A stretch of DNA of 64,000 nucleotides from contig CAVOUE010000005.1 in assembly GCA_963699545.1 (NCBI GenBank), positions 471,354 through 535,353 of the forward strand, given 5' to 3'. The DNA comes from Nitrospirota bacterium. Its GTDB lineage: Bacteria; Nitrospirota; Thermodesulfovibrionia; Thermodesulfovibrionales; UBA9159. The position numbers and the translations under genes are program-made. Positions 7,895 to 19,848 of the stretch are shown here, piece by piece. How positions within the stretch are numbered: position 1 is the first letter of the stretch; every line of letters starts with the position of its first letter. The notes below the pieces were generated by a model. The model was not told the origin of the DNA and made no database searches. It saw nothing but the letters and a program-made list of their open reading frames with translations.

Positions 7895-9487
7895 TTATTT
7901 GGCTTTTGCTTTCCTTTGATTGGCAGGCTGGACCCGCACCCGTCTGCCGTGAAGCATCATATCGTTGAGGGAGCTGATGACCCTGTCAGCAAGGTTGGCG
8001 GGCACTTCCACGAAACTGAAGGCATCAAAGATAGCGATATTGCCGATTTTCTTGCCCGGGATATTGGTTCCTTCCGAGATGGACCTTACAAGGTCGCCCA
8101 CTTTTATTTTGTCCTTTTTGCCGATGGTAAGAAAGAGCCTTACCGTTCCCGTACCGGAAGAGAGGCCTGCCCTCCCCCGTTCTTCGATATCAGCCACTTC
8201 CAGGTCCCCCGCTATGAGACTGAGGGCAGCTGCAGCAACGTCCTGAGGTGAATACCGTTGGAAAAGTTCACCGGCCAGGGAGAGGTGACCGCTATGGTTC
8301 CCGGCTGCGATTATGCCCTCGATGTCGTCAATGAGTTCCTTTTCCCTCGCCTTCTTCACCTCTTCTTTTGTGGGTAACTTTGCCTTGCTTATGACGGTCT
8401 TTGCAGACCTCTCGATCAGCCTCAGCTGGTTGTATTCCCGGGGGGTCACAAAGGTTATGGCGATGCCTGATTTCCCTGCCCTCCCGGTCCTGCCTATCCT
8501 GTGGATATAACCGTCGGGGTTCTGGGGAATGCTGTAGTTGATAACGTGCGTCACGTCGGGGATATCCAGCCCCCTTGCTGCCACATCGGTAGCCACAAGG
8601 ATATCGATCTCCCCGCTCTTGAACTTATCCATCATCTCATCCCTGAAAGACTGGGTGAAATCGCCGTGTATGGCCCCTGCGCTATAGCCCATCTGCTGGA
8701 GCTTTCCTGATACGTCATCCACATCTCTTTTTGTATGGCAAAAGACAAGTGTCAACGAGGGGTCTTCCACATCCAGCAGTCTCGTCAACGCATTGATCTT
8801 GTCTTCCTCCCTCACCTCATAGAACACCTGCTTGATCTTCGCAACGACCATCTTCTTGGGATCCACGAAGACCTTCTCAGGCTCATGCATATATTTACGG
8901 GAGATGCGGAGAATCTCCTCGGGCATGGTGGCGGAAAAGAGCATGGTCTGCCGCTCCTTCGGGATCTCTCCCAGTATCCTTTCCATGTCTTCAATAAAAC
9001 CCATATTCAGCATCTCGTCGGCCTCATCAAGAACGACCGTTGTTATATCCTTGAGGATAAGGGTCTTCCTCTGTATATGGTCGATCACACGTCCGGGAGT
9101 ACCCACCACCACATCAACCCCTTTTTGGAGGCCCCTGAACTGCCGCTCTATCGACTGGCCGCCGTAGACCGGCAGGGATACAACACCCTTGTTTCTGCCG
9201 ATCCTGTTCAACTCCTGAGCCACCTGGACCGCAAGCTCACGGGTCGGGGCAAGGACAATGGCAAAAGGGTTTTTCCCCTTACCCCTCCTGCCCTTCTCAA
9301 TGATCGGTATTCCGAACGCAGCGGTCTTTCCGGTCCCCGTCTGTGCCAGTCCAATAATGTCGCGCCCCTTAAGGGCATGACTGATGGCGATCTTCTGTAT
9401 CGGGGTAGGCTCTTCAAATCCCATGTCGGAAAGGGCCTTCAGCACCTCGTCCGAAAGTCCGAAGTCATAAAATTTCTTATACTCCAT
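7895..9487 (-). CDS. deaD: DEAD-box RNA helicase with DbpA RNA-binding domain
   Basis: AQTGTGKT, PTRELA, DEAD, SAT and HRIGRTGRAG motifs, plus a C-terminal DbpA-type domain. Confidence 0.93.
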   Translation of the reverse strand: MEYKKFYDFGLSDEVLKALSDMGFEEPTPIQKIAISHALKGRDIIGLAQTGTGKTAAFGIPIIEKGRRGKGKNPFAIVLAPTRELAVQVAQELNRIGRNKGVVSLPVYGGQSIERQFRGLQKGVDVVVGTPGRVIDHIQRKTLILKDITTVVLDEADEMLNMGFIEDMERILGEIPKERQTMLFSATMPEEILRISRKYMHEPEKVFVDPKKMVVAKIKQVFYEVREEDKINALTRLLDVEDPSLTLVFCHTKRDVDDVSGKLQQMGYSAGAIHGDFTQSFRDEMMDKFKSGEIDILVATDVAARGLDIPDVTHVINYSIPQNPDGYIHRIGRTGRAGKSGIAITFVTPREYNQLRLIERSAKTVISKAKLPTKEEVKKAREKELIDDIEGIIAAGNHSGHLSLAGELFQRYSPQDVAAAALSLIAGDLEVADIEERGRAGLSSGTGTVRLFLTIGKKDKIKVGDLVRSISEGTNIPGKKIGNIAIFDAFSFVEVPANLADRVISSLNDMMLHGRRVRVQPANQRKAKAK

Positions 9488-9595
9488 GCCTCTCCTGTTC
9501 TTCTTCGTGTATCATTCCGGTTTCATTGAAAATGAATATGCTGCAGATATGAGGGATGCTCACAGCGGACAATTGACGGGACCGTGCGTCCCGGC

Positions 9596-9802
9596 CTAAC
9601 TGACGGGTCTGTTCTGCCTTGCCTGTCGTGCGGACCTGGCTCTCCTCTTCCGTGCCTCCCTCTGCTTCGATTTCTCCTTGACAGAGGGTTTCTCATAGAA
9701 ACGCCTTTTCTTGAGCTCCTTGAGAAGGCCGTCCTTCTGGAGTTGCCGTTTGAGTAATTTTAGCGCCTTTTCGACGTCATTGCCGTTTACCCTTATCTCC
9801 AA
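9596..9802 (-). CDS. rpsU: 30S ribosomal protein S21
   Basis: EKALKLLKR...RRFYEKPS motif. Confidence 0.95.
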   Translation of the reverse strand: MEIRVNGNDVEKALKLLKRQLQKDGLLKELKKRRFYEKPSVKEKSKQREARKRRARSARQARQNRPVS

Positions 9803-10089
9803 TTACCTGGTTTCCTTCCTCCCCTGCTCTCGTTCCGGTCCTTCTGGGGCCTCGCCTCGCTCACGGTCAGGGCTCTGTCCATAAGGGTGGTTCCGTTGAG
9901 ACTGGAAATCGCTTTTTCACCCTCTTCATCGGAAGCCATCTCCACAAAACCGAACCCCTTTGAGCGGCCCGTGGCAGTGTCGGTGATTATCTTCACGGAC
10001 TGAACCTCTCCGTTCTGCGCAAAGAGCTCTTTCAGTGTCTCTTCATCTACCTTGTAGGAAAGGTTCCCCACATAGATCTTTTTCGCCAT
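9793..10089 (-). CDS. RRM RNA-binding protein
   Basis: KIYVGNL (RNP2) and RSKGFGFVEM (RNP1). Start at MAKK with GGAGGAG RBS. Confidence 0.93.
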   Translation of the reverse strand: MAKKIYVGNLSYKVDEETLKELFAQNGEVQSVKIITDTATGRSKGFGFVEMASDEEGEKAISSLNGTTLMDRALTVSEARPQKDRNESRGGRKPGNWR

Positions 10090-10134
10090 CTTCTCCTCCT
10101 TCTCGATAAAGCGCTTCATGCGCCCTATGCAAAT

Positions 10135-10170
10135 AAAAAAGGCCGCATTGTTAAAAGTTCTTGCGGCCTT
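10135..10170 (-). terminator. Terminator-like hairpin in the leader of the RRM-rpsU-deaD operon
   Basis: AAGGCCGCA/TGCGGCCTT stem plus U-tract on the minus strand, about 45 nt upstream of the RRM start. Confidence 0.6.
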
Positions 10171-10394
10171 CATCTGACAAAAACTTCCAAGCTGCTCTAC
10201 TTTGCCACAGGATAACAGGAAATGTCAAACGTTATTTTCCCCCTGCCGCAGGCAAGCGCCCTCTGCGCACCAGCTTGAGCCCTTCAAACCACAGGATGCT
10301 CCCGATGCCTCCGGCAGGACACCGCACATTATTGACTCTTAGGAATATTCCTGATAAAGTTAAAGGAAGAAAGACCTTCAGAAAGGAGAATATC

Positions 10395-10736
10395 ATGAGT
10401 GATGATACTAAAGCCATTGCCGGTGCATTCTTACTGGGAGGAATGATCGGTGCGGGCATCGCCCTCCTCTATGCTCCCAAGTCAGGCCGTGAAACGAGAA
10501 GGGATATATCCAAGGCTGCCCGACGCGTACAACGTGATGCGGTGGAGCTGGTGGAGGATACGATACAGAGCGTGGACGAATTCGTGGGCACGGTGAAGGA
10601 CCAGGCTTCGGACATCATCGAGAGGGGCGTTGAGCTTTCAGACAGTGCCAAGAAGGAAGTGATAAAATCCCTGGAGTACGGACAGAAGGTCATGGAGAAG
10701 CAGAAGAAGAGGATCATGGAGGGTCTCGGTCTTTAA
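10395..10736 (+). CDS. YtxH domain protein
   Basis: FLLGGMIGAGIALLYAPKSGRETR motif. AAGGAG RBS before the ATG at 10395. Confidence 0.9.
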   Translation: MSDDTKAIAGAFLLGGMIGAGIALLYAPKSGRETRRDISKAARRVQRDAVELVEDTIQSVDEFVGTVKDQASDIIERGVELSDSAKKEVIKSLEYGQKVMEKQKKRIMEGLGL

Positions 10737-10751
10737 ATTTGATCTGACGCG

Positions 10752-13121
10752 TTGATGATAGCGGAAAACACCCTCAATCTCCTTGAGTTTCCGAAACTCC
10801 TCCGGATAATCTCGACCTTTTCCCACTGCGATGCCTCGGGAAAAGCGGTACTTGATATCTTTCCCCTTAGTGAGCGGGAGGAGATAGAGACGAGGCTCGG
10901 TCGGATAGCCGAGATCAGGAGGATATCTCACGAGGGGAGTCCTCTTAAGCTCTCGCAATTCTCGGATGTCGCTCCCCTCCTCCGTACGATAAGGCCTGCT
11001 GGTGCTGTCCTTGAGTCAAGGGAACTTTCTGCCTTCAGGCCCTTCCTCGACATCGTGCATGACATATCCTCGCAAATGAAGGAGCAGGAAACCCTTCCCT
11101 TTCTCATGGAACTCACAAGGTACCTCACCGGCTTTCCTCATATCCTCGCCCTTCTCAAGAAGTCTATTGACAGCGAAGGCACTATCCTTGACAGCGCCTC
11201 TTTGGCCCTTTCTGAACTGAGGGGACAGGTGAGACGTCTCGCAGGGAGGATAACAAGGAAGCTGGAGGAGATGACGAGGGACGAACGGATCTCGGTCTTC
11301 CTCCAGGACAGCTTCATCAGCGAACGGTCGGGACGGTGGGTCATTCCGGTCAGGATGGACTCCAAGGGACAGGTGCCGGGCGTGGTCCACGACATCTCAC
11401 GATCAGGAGAGACCGCATTCATCGAACCCCTTGCCGTCATCAGCCTTTCCAATGAGCTGGAGAACCTCATCGCTGAGCAGAAGGCCGAGGAGATACGCAT
11501 CCTCAGGGATATCTGTTCCCAGATACGTGCCGTGGCTGATGACATGGATGTCCAGCATGGGATCCTCGTTCACCTCGATCTCCTGAACTGCATTGCGCGC
11601 TTTGCCGATGAGCTTCACATGGAGAAGCCCGAGATCAATGATGCAGGTTTTGTCCGTCTCGCGAACGGCCGCCATCCCCTTCTCATGCTCAGCTTCCGGA
11701 GGTCGGATGCCGCACAGGAAGTGGTCCCCCTTGATGTTCATCTGGGAGAGGAAACCACGGTGATGGTGATTACCGGCTCGAATGCAGGTGGGAAGACCAT
11801 CGCCATTAAGACGATCGGCCTGCTCCAGCTCATGGCCCTGTCGGGCATGCCTGTTGCTGCGGACTCTTCATCCAGCTTTCCGCTCATCCATAATCTCCTC
11901 ATCGACATCGGAGATGAACAGTCCATCGAGAATAACCTCTCCACCTTCTCGGCCCACGTATCGAATATCTCTTCGATCCTGAAGAAGGCGGATGCCGGAT
12001 CCCTCGTCCTCATCGATGAGCTCGGCACCGGCACCGATCCTGAAGAAGGGGCTGCCCTCGCCTGCGCTGTCCTGAAGGAGATACGGAGCAAAGGCGCTCT
12101 TCTCTTCGCCACCACCCATCTGACGGACATAAAGGGATTCGTGCACAGGACAGAGGGCATGATCAACGCCTCAATGGAATTCGACCGGAACACCCTCACC
12201 CCACTTTATCGGTTGCGGGTGGGAGAGCCCGGTCAGTCACACGCCCTGGAGATAGCAAGGAAATACGGCCTGCCTGACACGATCATCGACTCCGCAAAGG
12301 CGATGCTGGGGGGCATCCGGGTGGAGTTCGACAACCTGATCGCAGACCTGAATGCAAAGAGGACGCAATATGAAAATGCCCTTGGTAAACTCAGGAAACA
12401 ACAGAGGGAGTCGGACGAACAAGGCAGGGTGCTGGAACTGCGGTTGAAAGAGGCAGAGGCCCGGCAGAAGGAGCTGCTTGCAAAGGCGTACAGAGACTCT
12501 TCTGAGATAATCTCCGGGACAAAGAGGCAGATGAATGCGCTGCTGGAAGAGATCAGAAAAAAAGGCAGGGAAAAGAGCCGTGAGGTCATGAAGCGGGTCG
12601 AGGCAAAGCAGGAAGAGGTGTGCAGAAGCTCAGGGAATATGACGTCGCTGATCATGGTGCTCCTTCCCTGTCAGACCTAAAGAAAGGGGACATCGTATTT
12701 GTGAGGTCCTTCGGCTATGACGCATCCGTGATGGAAGTGGATGCGAAGCATAATCGCCTCAGAGTGAGGTCCGGGAGCGTGGAGATCGAAATTCCTGCGG
12801 CTGATATAGGATTCAGGAGGGGGAAGTCCGCCGAGACAAAGGGAGGAACGGTAACCCTCGGAGCAGGGAGATGATACGCTTTCATCCCGGCTGAACCTGG
12901 TGGGAATGAGAGTGGATGAGTCGCTTTCAAAACTGGAACCGTTCCTGAACCACGCGTCACTGGCCGGACTCTCAGAGGTCACCATCATCCACGGCTTCGG
13001 GACCGGCGTTCTTGCAAAGACGGTACGCGAGCACCTCGACAACCACCCTCTCGTAAAGCACTTCAGAAAGGGAGAGCAGTCCGAAGGCGGGGCAGGAGTG
13101 ACGGTGGCGACACTGGTGTGA
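10752..13121 (+). CDS. mutS2: Endonuclease MutS2 with Smr domain (split by two apparent frameshifts near 12620 and 12870)
   Basis: ITGSNAGGKT, DELGTGTDP, TTH, coiled coil, KOW-like segment and IIHGFGTG...GGAGVT Smr, spread over three frames. Confidence 0.9.
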
Positions 13122-13249
13122 TTGAAAAATCAAAGATTATATATTTATGAGACTTGTTGCCAGTTAAACTAAGCAATCGAAATCTTGTTCTTCACAAACT
13201 CCTGATACGCATATGAAGTCCAACAATGCCGAGGAAGTGCCTATCTCTT

Positions 13250-14041
13250 TTAGAATAAAGCTCCCCCAGCCATCCAAATCCCCCATGTGATGAGCAAAAG
13301 ACCGGCGATACGGCTTACCCAATAACCTGCAGGGACAATTTTCTCAAGAAGGACGAAGACAGTGATAATGGCCATCCACAGGAGGTTCATCAGTCCTGTT
13401 ACAAACAAAAGACTCATCAGAAGCCAGCAGCACCCAATGCAGTAAATACCATGCCTGAGGCCCATAATGAGGGCACCTCGTGTTCCCTCCCGCCATTCAT
13501 TCATAAGAAACCCCAGAGGTGAGCGGCAGCGAGTGAGACAGGCATACTTGAGGGGAGACCACTGAAATACCCCGGCGGCAAAAAGGAAAGCCCCTCCCAG
13601 AACAGGATTATTGATCACCAACATATGGGAAAGTAAGGTTGCAGTCTGGAACCCCCATTGTACCAGGGTGGCAAGAGCACTGAATACCGTCCAAGCCACC
13701 AAATAACCCGCAAGGAACGTCCCCGTCGATACAAAAGGATCTTGTTCTTTGCGTCGCTCCCGATTGATGGTAGCAAACAACAAGATGAGTGGCGACGCAG
13801 AGGGGATCATCATGGCAGCCATCATAACTGCCCACATGACGAATGTCAGGACAAGATTCAAGGGATCCCACGCATGGATATGGGGCTCCGCCATCGCCAT
13901 CCCCATATCCATGTTCTTCTCCCGCAATGCACTACTGAACATATATGTCCAGGACAACACCGTAATCCCCGCAAGACCGAGCACAATAATGGCACGATCT
14001 CTCTTCTGCAGTGACTCTTTCAACGGTTTCTCGTTCATCAT
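13250..14041 (-). CDS. DUF2182 predicted metal-binding membrane protein
   Basis: MWAVMMAAMMIPS, FQWSPLKYACLTRCRSP and GIYCIGCCWLLM motifs. Confidence 0.9.
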   Translation of the reverse strand: MMNEKPLKESLQKRDRAIIVLGLAGITVLSWTYMFSSALREKNMDMGMAMAEPHIHAWDPLNLVLTFVMWAVMMAAMMIPSASPLILLFATINRERRKEQDPFVSTGTFLAGYLVAWTVFSALATLVQWGFQTATLLSHMLVINNPVLGGAFLFAAGVFQWSPLKYACLTRCRSPLGFLMNEWREGTRGALIMGLRHGIYCIGCCWLLMSLLFVTGLMNLLWMAIITVFVLLEKIVPAGYWVSRIAGLLLITWGIWMAGGALF

Positions 14042-14053
14042 GAGATGTCCCTC

Positions 14054-14644
14054 TTAGTCACTGTGATACTCAAAGGTCGTTGACAGGGCATTTTTATTGT
14101 GGTGATCGAATTTCATCTTGCCGTCATCGAACCAATCTTCCTCGGCAGTTGCTGCGATACCGTGAATATTCGGAATACGGCACAGCTTCGGGCCTTCATC
14201 CAGCTTCAGCATGCCGATCGCCAACCCCAATTTCCCAATAATAGACATCCGATGCCGCCATCCCTCGCTCTTCATCTCAATTGTCGCGCGTTCTACACTT
14301 TGCACATCCCATAACGCGTGGAATATCTTTCCGAGATGTCCACCACTTGCTGCCGTAAAAATTTGTTTCAGTGCATCAAATTGTTCTCTCGTTGCACGAT
14401 CGTCGATGTAAAATCGGCACTTCCATTGGTTCTCGCGCATATGACCGTCACAACGCACCGCCATAATTACGTTTAATCCTTCGATCGACATATCGCCGTA
14501 TTGTCCCTGCGTGATGTGCCACGCGCAGTTACCTTCGCAGAAGCCATATGTCGGGGCATGCCCGGACCAGCATGGGCAAACCGACTCGCAGTTGCATGCT
14601 TCAAAGTAGTACCCTGAGACTTTCCATGGTACTGTCTCACTCAT
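14054..14644 (-). CDS. DUF1326 domain protein
   Basis: W-VSGYYFEACNCESVCPC, YIDDRA; usual partner of DUF2182. Confidence 0.9.
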   Translation of the reverse strand: MSETVPWKVSGYYFEACNCESVCPCWSGHAPTYGFCEGNCAWHITQGQYGDMSIEGLNVIMAVRCDGHMRENQWKCRFYIDDRATREQFDALKQIFTAASGGHLGKIFHALWDVQSVERATIEMKSEGWRHRMSIIGKLGLAIGMLKLDEGPKLCRIPNIHGIAATAEEDWFDDGKMKFDHHNKNALSTTFEYHSD

Positions 14645-14756
14645 TATTCACCTCCATTCACATTTCCAATAACATTTCTGAATGAACCGCTCTCAACTCT
14701 ATTGCCTTTCAAGATGCTCATCATGCCTTTCTCGTACACCGCCCTATGGAATCCCT

Positions 14757-15940
14757 TTATCCCCTTCCTTCGATGGGTTCGTAAGAACAGCCCATGAGTC
14801 CGCAATAGTGGCCGACATATTCCGTTGATCGGCCGGTAGAGCATCGGCTTTTCCTGGGCTTCGGCGAACTTCTCTTCTATGATATGGGCAGCACCATCCC
14901 GCTATCCTCGACATGGCAAAGATCGGAGTAAAGAGGTCGGCCGGTATCCCCATGAGGTGATAAACCGGGGCGCTGTAGAAATCCACGTTGGGTTTGATGG
15001 TCGTCTTCCCCCTCTGCTCAAATTCCCTGACCGCTGCCTCCTCTATCTCCGCTGATAGCTGGTGCCACCTCGCCTGTCCGAACTTCTTTCCCAGACGGTA
15101 TGACATCTCCTTCAGAAATTGTGCCCGGGGGTCGGTGGTCTTGTATACGGCGTGCCCCATGCCCATTATCTTCTGTCCCTGGTCCAGCCGGCCTTTCACC
15201 CACCGTTCGATGTCCTGCTCCGATTCGAGTTCCAGGAGCATCTTCATCACCTCGGCATTGGCACCGCCGTGGAGACTCCCGGAAAGAGCTCCCGCGCCTG
15301 CAGCAACACCTGCATACATATGCGCCTTTGTGGAAACAACCTCACGGCACGCAAAGGTGGAAGCATTGAAGGTGTGGTCGGCGTGAAGGATCAGGCAGAT
15401 GTCCAGGTCGCGGGCCATGTCTTCATCCGGTCTCACACCGGTCAGCTGCCACAGGAAATTCGCGGCATGGGAAAGAGTATCATCAGGCGGGAGAGGCTCT
15501 CTGCCATTTCTTATCCTGTGCCACGCGGCGATAAGGACCGGAATCCTGGCGATAAGCCTGATCGCCTTCCTCACATTGGAATCCCTTGTCTCAACAGAAA
15601 GCTCAGGATCAGCCATTCCGAGGAGCGGTATGGACGCCTGGAGCACGTCCATGGGATGTGACTCTCCGGGCCACCGTTTCAGGCTATGAAAGACGAAATC
15701 CGGCACTTCTCTCGCCCCGGCAACTTGACTGCTGAAGGCCTCAAGCTCAGATGCGTTCGGCAACGAGCCGTTCAGAAGAAGGTAGGCAGTTTCCGGAAAT
15801 GATGACTTCTCGGCCAGTTCCTCCACACGATATCCCCGGTAAATGAGGACACCCTTCTCCCCATCGATGAAGCTGATCTTTGTGTCTGCTACGGTCACGC
15901 CGCGCAGCCCGATATTCTTGACACGGATGGGCTCAACCAT
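14757..15940 (-). CDS. gltA: Citrate synthase (apparent frameshifts near 14890 and 14825)
   Basis: LHADHTFNAST, SLHGGAN, MGMGHAVYK-DPR and PNVDFYS. The C-terminus (LYRP..EYVG..) continues in other frames to TAA at 14757. Confidence 0.92.
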
Positions 15941-16073
15941 AGTTTCATGACCCCCGGTGCATCATCGGGAAGTATAGCAGAAACACAAAGACCGAGTCAT
16001 CTGTTTTCCCGGTTTGTTGCCACCGGGCAAGAGATTCTGATAAACTCAATGACAGACACCCCTCAGCAAAGGA

Positions 16074-16826
16074 GTGACAACGATGAAGAAGCTCCGGTGG
16101 CAGCTACTTTTAGGCAGCGCCCTTGTCGCGCTTTCCGCCCTTCTCTATATCGCGGAGATCAATATCTTTCACTCTCCACGGGACACGTTCTTTTACCTCT
16201 TTCAGGATCTCGCCTTCGTCCCCATTCAGGTCCTTCTCGTAACCCTCATCATCAACCGGCTGCTGAGTGTGAGGGAGAAACGGTCGCGGCTGGAAAAGCT
16301 GAATATGGTGATCGGCGCCTTTTTCAGTGAGGTCGGCACGCACCTCCTGACGTATCTTTCAGACTGTGATCCCCGCCTTGAAGAGATCAGGGGGAACCTC
16401 ATGGTTACCAATAGCTGGTCGGATGAGGAGTTCACACGGGTGAGCCGGCGTCTCAGGAATTACCCCTACGGGATCGAGATGAAGAAAATAGATCTTCAGT
16501 ACCTGCAGAGTTTTCTTGCTGAAAAGAGGGGCTTCCTTCTCCGTCTTCTCGAAAATCCAAACCTCCTTGAGCATGAGACTTTTACCGAACTCCTCCTTGC
16601 GGTCTTTCATCTGGTAGAGGAACTCACCTGCAGGGAAGATGTTCGCCATCTCCCTCATACGGACATCAACCACATAGCAGGGGACACAAAACGGGCGTAC
16701 GGCCTCCTGGTCAACGAATGGCTCGACTACATGAGACATCTGAAGGACAGCTATCCTTATCTTTTTTCCCTGGCCATGAGACTGAATCCCTTTGACAAGG
16801 ACGCATCACCGCTGGTAACTTCGTAG
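16074..16826 (+). CDS. Conserved hypothetical membrane protein (two N-terminal TM helices)
   Basis: 250 aa with good RBS and DLAFVPIQVLLVT, LLENPNLLEHE, YPYLFSLAMR-NPF blocks. Function not recognised. Confidence 0.75.
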   Translation: MTTMKKLRWQLLLGSALVALSALLYIAEINIFHSPRDTFFYLFQDLAFVPIQVLLVTLIINRLLSVREKRSRLEKLNMVIGAFFSEVGTHLLTYLSDCDPRLEEIRGNLMVTNSWSDEEFTRVSRRLRNYPYGIEMKKIDLQYLQSFLAEKRGFLLRLLENPNLLEHETFTELLLAVFHLVEELTCREDVRHLPHTDINHIAGDTKRAYGLLVNEWLDYMRHLKDSYPYLFSLAMRLNPFDKDASPLVTS

Positions 16827-16835
16827 AAGGTGGTC

Positions 16836-17744
16836 TCATGAGCGCTCCTTCTTCCCGAGCAGAAATCCTTTGACGAACAAATACGTCCTGGTTGGTGCCA
16901 GGAATACTGTCAGCGCCTTCAGGAACATTCCCATGTTAAGAATGCCTATCCTATATTTCAGCAAATATCTCAGTGCCATCTTTCTGTCTCCCTGATAAAC
17001 AAAATGGCAAAAAAGTCTCAGGTGGTATTGATTCACCGCTCGATTATAAGAGGGCTCATTCTTATACCGAGAGAGCGTTCGTTGTACATTTTCAATGATG
17101 AGCTCCTTATTATTATGAAGATTAGAATGGTGAACTCTATAATACCCCAGCACATCATCGAGCAATACGATCTTGTACCCCTTGTGAGCGATCTTTAACC
17201 ACATGTAAAAATCTTCCACTGCGAAATCCGGATCATACCAGCCGACATCCGCCAATACGGCGCGTCTGATCATCGCCGTAAAAGCGGGCGGCTGCTCCCC
17301 GTGAACAAAGATTCTCTCGAAGGTGAGCACACCGGAAGCTCTAAACCAATCTACCTTTGTTATCTCACTCTTTTCATTCATAAGATTCGCATCGCCACCG
17401 CAGACAGCAACATCCGGGTTGTTTTCCATAAATGTCACCTCTATACCAATCTTCTCTTTCGTCCAGACATCGTCGGACGAAGTAAGGCAGATATATTCTC
17501 CTTTCGACAGTGATATCCCCAAGTTGAAGGTACGTGCAATACCGCTATTGTCCTGACGTATCACCCTCAACCCATACCTGGCACTTAATTCAGATAAGAT
17601 AGCTGGACTGTTGTCTGTCGAGCCATCATCGATAACGATGACTTCTAAGTGAGGATACGATTGGTTAACGATGGACAGGATGGAATCTGAAACATATTGA
17701 GCGTGATTATAGCTTGCCACAATCACGGATACTAACGGCATCAT
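16836..17744 (-). CDS. Glycosyltransferase family 2
   Basis: [20 protein letters not shown] and EDFYMW motifs. Confidence 0.92.
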   Translation of the reverse strand: MMPLVSVIVASYNHAQYVSDSILSIVNQSYPHLEVIVIDDGSTDNSPAILSELSARYGLRVIRQDNSGIARTFNLGISLSKGEYICLTSSDDVWTKEKIGIEVTFMENNPDVAVCGGDANLMNEKSEITKVDWFRASGVLTFERIFVHGEQPPAFTAMIRRAVLADVGWYDPDFAVEDFYMWLKIAHKGYKIVLLDDVLGYYRVHHSNLHNNKELIIENVQRTLSRYKNEPSYNRAVNQYHLRLFCHFVYQGDRKMALRYLLKYRIGILNMGMFLKALTVFLAPTRTYLFVKGFLLGKKERS

Positions 17745-18874
17745 ACCGCGCTCGCACCCCTGGTCGCTCCTCGAATCACAAATTCCTCTACGCTATCAGC
17801 AATCCGGTCAATTTCGGAAGACTTTATGTGCGGTCCTATCGGAATGCTCACTACTGATTCAGCAATAGATTCCGTAACCGGCAGGTCATACCGACCACTG
17901 CACATAGACCTATATGCATCCGATAAGTGAGGAGGAACCGGATAGTGTATCAATGTTTCAACGTCATTCTTGTCCATAGACTGCCGAAGCCCGTCGCGAT
18001 CGCGCAGCCTGATCACAAAGAGGTGCCATACGGGGTTCACACCGTGCATTACCTCGGGCAGGGTCATTCCTGCAGCGCCACGAAAGCGGTCTAAATAGCG
18101 GGAGGCAATTTCAGATCTCCGCTTGTTCCATTCGTCCAACTTATGAAGCTTCGCCCGCAGAAAAGCGGCCTGCAACTCGTCAAGCCGTGAATTGAAGCCC
18201 CGAACTTCATTGTAGTACTTGACTCTGGAGCCATAGTTGCGCAATATCCGGACCTTATCAGCCAGCGTGTCGTCATTTGTGGTGACCGCACCACCGTCAC
18301 CAAGAGCACCAAGGTTCTTTCCAGGGTAAAAACTGAACCCCGCAGCATCGCCTAGGCTGCCGACCTTTCGCCCTTCGTATGTCGCGCCATGCGCCTGAGC
18401 CGCATCCTCAATGACCCTCAGACGATACGTATTCGCAATATCTGCAAGAGGGTCCATGTCAGCCGGTTGCCCATAGAGATGAACCGGGATTATCGCCTTC
18501 GTCTTGCTGGTTATCGATCTTTCAACTCGGTCGGGATCAATGTTATACGTCTTTTCGTCCGGTTCTACGGGAATGGGAACAGCCCCCGCGCATGAAACCG
18601 CCAACCATGTCGCGATGTAGGTATTGGAAGGAACAAGGACCTCATCGCCCTCACCGATACCGTATCCTCTCAAAATCAAGTGCAGCGCATCGAGACAACT
18701 GCCGACTCCTATGCAGTGTCTCACTCCGCAATAGTCTGCAAATTCTTGCTCAAAAGCGGCTACCTCATGACCTAGGACATACGACCCCGATGCCACCACA
18801 CGCCGATAGGCCGCGTCGAGCTCATCCTTTAACTCAACATATGGCGCCTTCAAATCAAGGAATGGTATCTTCAT
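17741..18874 (-). CDS. DegT/DnrJ/EryC1/StrS aminotransferase (FdtB-like)
   Basis: [24 protein letters not shown] (PLP Lys) and [10 protein letters not shown]. Confidence 0.92.
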   Translation of the reverse strand: MKIPFLDLKAPYVELKDELDAAYRRVVASGSYVLGHEVAAFEQEFADYCGVRHCIGVGSCLDALHLILRGYGIGEGDEVLVPSNTYIATWLAVSCAGAVPIPVEPDEKTYNIDPDRVERSITSKTKAIIPVHLYGQPADMDPLADIANTYRLRVIEDAAQAHGATYEGRKVGSLGDAAGFSFYPGKNLGALGDGGAVTTNDDTLADKVRILRNYGSRVKYYNEVRGFNSRLDELQAAFLRAKLHKLDEWNKRRSEIASRYLDRFRGAAGMTLPEVMHGVNPVWHLFVIRLRDRDGLRQSMDKNDVETLIHYPVPPHLSDAYRSMCSGRYDLPVTESIAESVVSIPIGPHIKSSEIDRIADSVEEFVIRGATRGASAV

Positions 18875-19815
18875 CGGTTTTGATTAGTGACCACCTCCAG
18901 AAAAGTGTCGTAGTCGCGAATATAGTCATCGGCATTGTACACATCCGAGGCGAGGCCCAATAACACCGCATCGGGAGAATATTTATATTGAATGCACCAG
19001 ATCAACGGCGGGACATGAATCCCCCGTGTGGGACGATCAAGCAGTATTTCTTCCCTATATCTCCCGTCGTCCACAACAACGGAACATGAGCCCTTCACGC
19101 ACACAAGCAACTGATGTAATGTCCTGTGCGCATGCTCCCCCCGCACGTCCGTGCTGGGAACATCAAAAACTATGAAGTACCGCTTCGGGATAAAGGGGAG
19201 TATCCGACCGTATTCGGCAAAAGACAGACTGCCGCGCATGTCTTTAATCAACGGCAAATCAATAATCGCAACTCCCGAGACGCGGGAGCCTGGATTCTGC
19301 CTTGTCTGATCCACAGAGCTTTCGGCATCGTTCACTTTGGCATGCTCAAGAGAATCAACATACCTTTTGATCAGAGCAGGGGTTCCCGCAACGACCGCAT
19401 TCGGCGGGACATCTTTGGTTACTACAGCACCTGCTCCGACCATTGCTCCCTGTCCTATCGTTAATCCTGCTAATATCGTCGCATTTGCTCCTATGGATGC
19501 CCTCTTTCTCACTATAGTCTTCAGTACCCTATCACGGTATTCCTTGCTCCGGGGAAAGTTGTCATTCACAAAAGTGACATTAGGTCCAATAAACACATCG
19601 TCTTCTATCCTCATACCATCCCGAAGTTGCACGCCGCACTTGATGGTGACCCTGTCTCCGACAATTACGTCGTTCTCAATGAAAACGTGGTCGCAAATAT
19701 TACAGTCGGCTCCAATCCTGGCGCCTGACAGGATGTGAGTACATGACCAAATCCTGGTATCGTCACCTATCGTTTTCGATTCAACAAGCGCTTGTGGATG
19801 TTGAAAAAAACGCAT
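18871..19815 (-). CDS. WxcM-like bifunctional hexapeptide N-acyltransferase / FdtA-type cupin 3,4-ketoisomerase
   Basis: Hexapeptide repeats at the N-terminus; DMRGSL, RGEHAH and YIRDY at the C-terminus. Confidence 0.9.
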   Translation of the reverse strand: MRFFQHPQALVESKTIGDDTRIWSCTHILSGARIGADCNICDHVFIENDVIVGDRVTIKCGVQLRDGMRIEDDVFIGPNVTFVNDNFPRSKEYRDRVLKTIVRKRASIGANATILAGLTIGQGAMVGAGAVVTKDVPPNAVVAGTPALIKRYVDSLEHAKVNDAESSVDQTRQNPGSRVSGVAIIDLPLIKDMRGSLSFAEYGRILPFIPKRYFIVFDVPSTDVRGEHAHRTLHQLLVCVKGSCSVVVDDGRYREEILLDRPTRGIHVPPLIWCIQYKYSPDAVLLGLASDVYNADDYIRDYDTFLEVVTNQNR

Positions 19816-19848
19816 CCGCTTTCCCTCGTCTTCCTAAAGCAGTATTTC

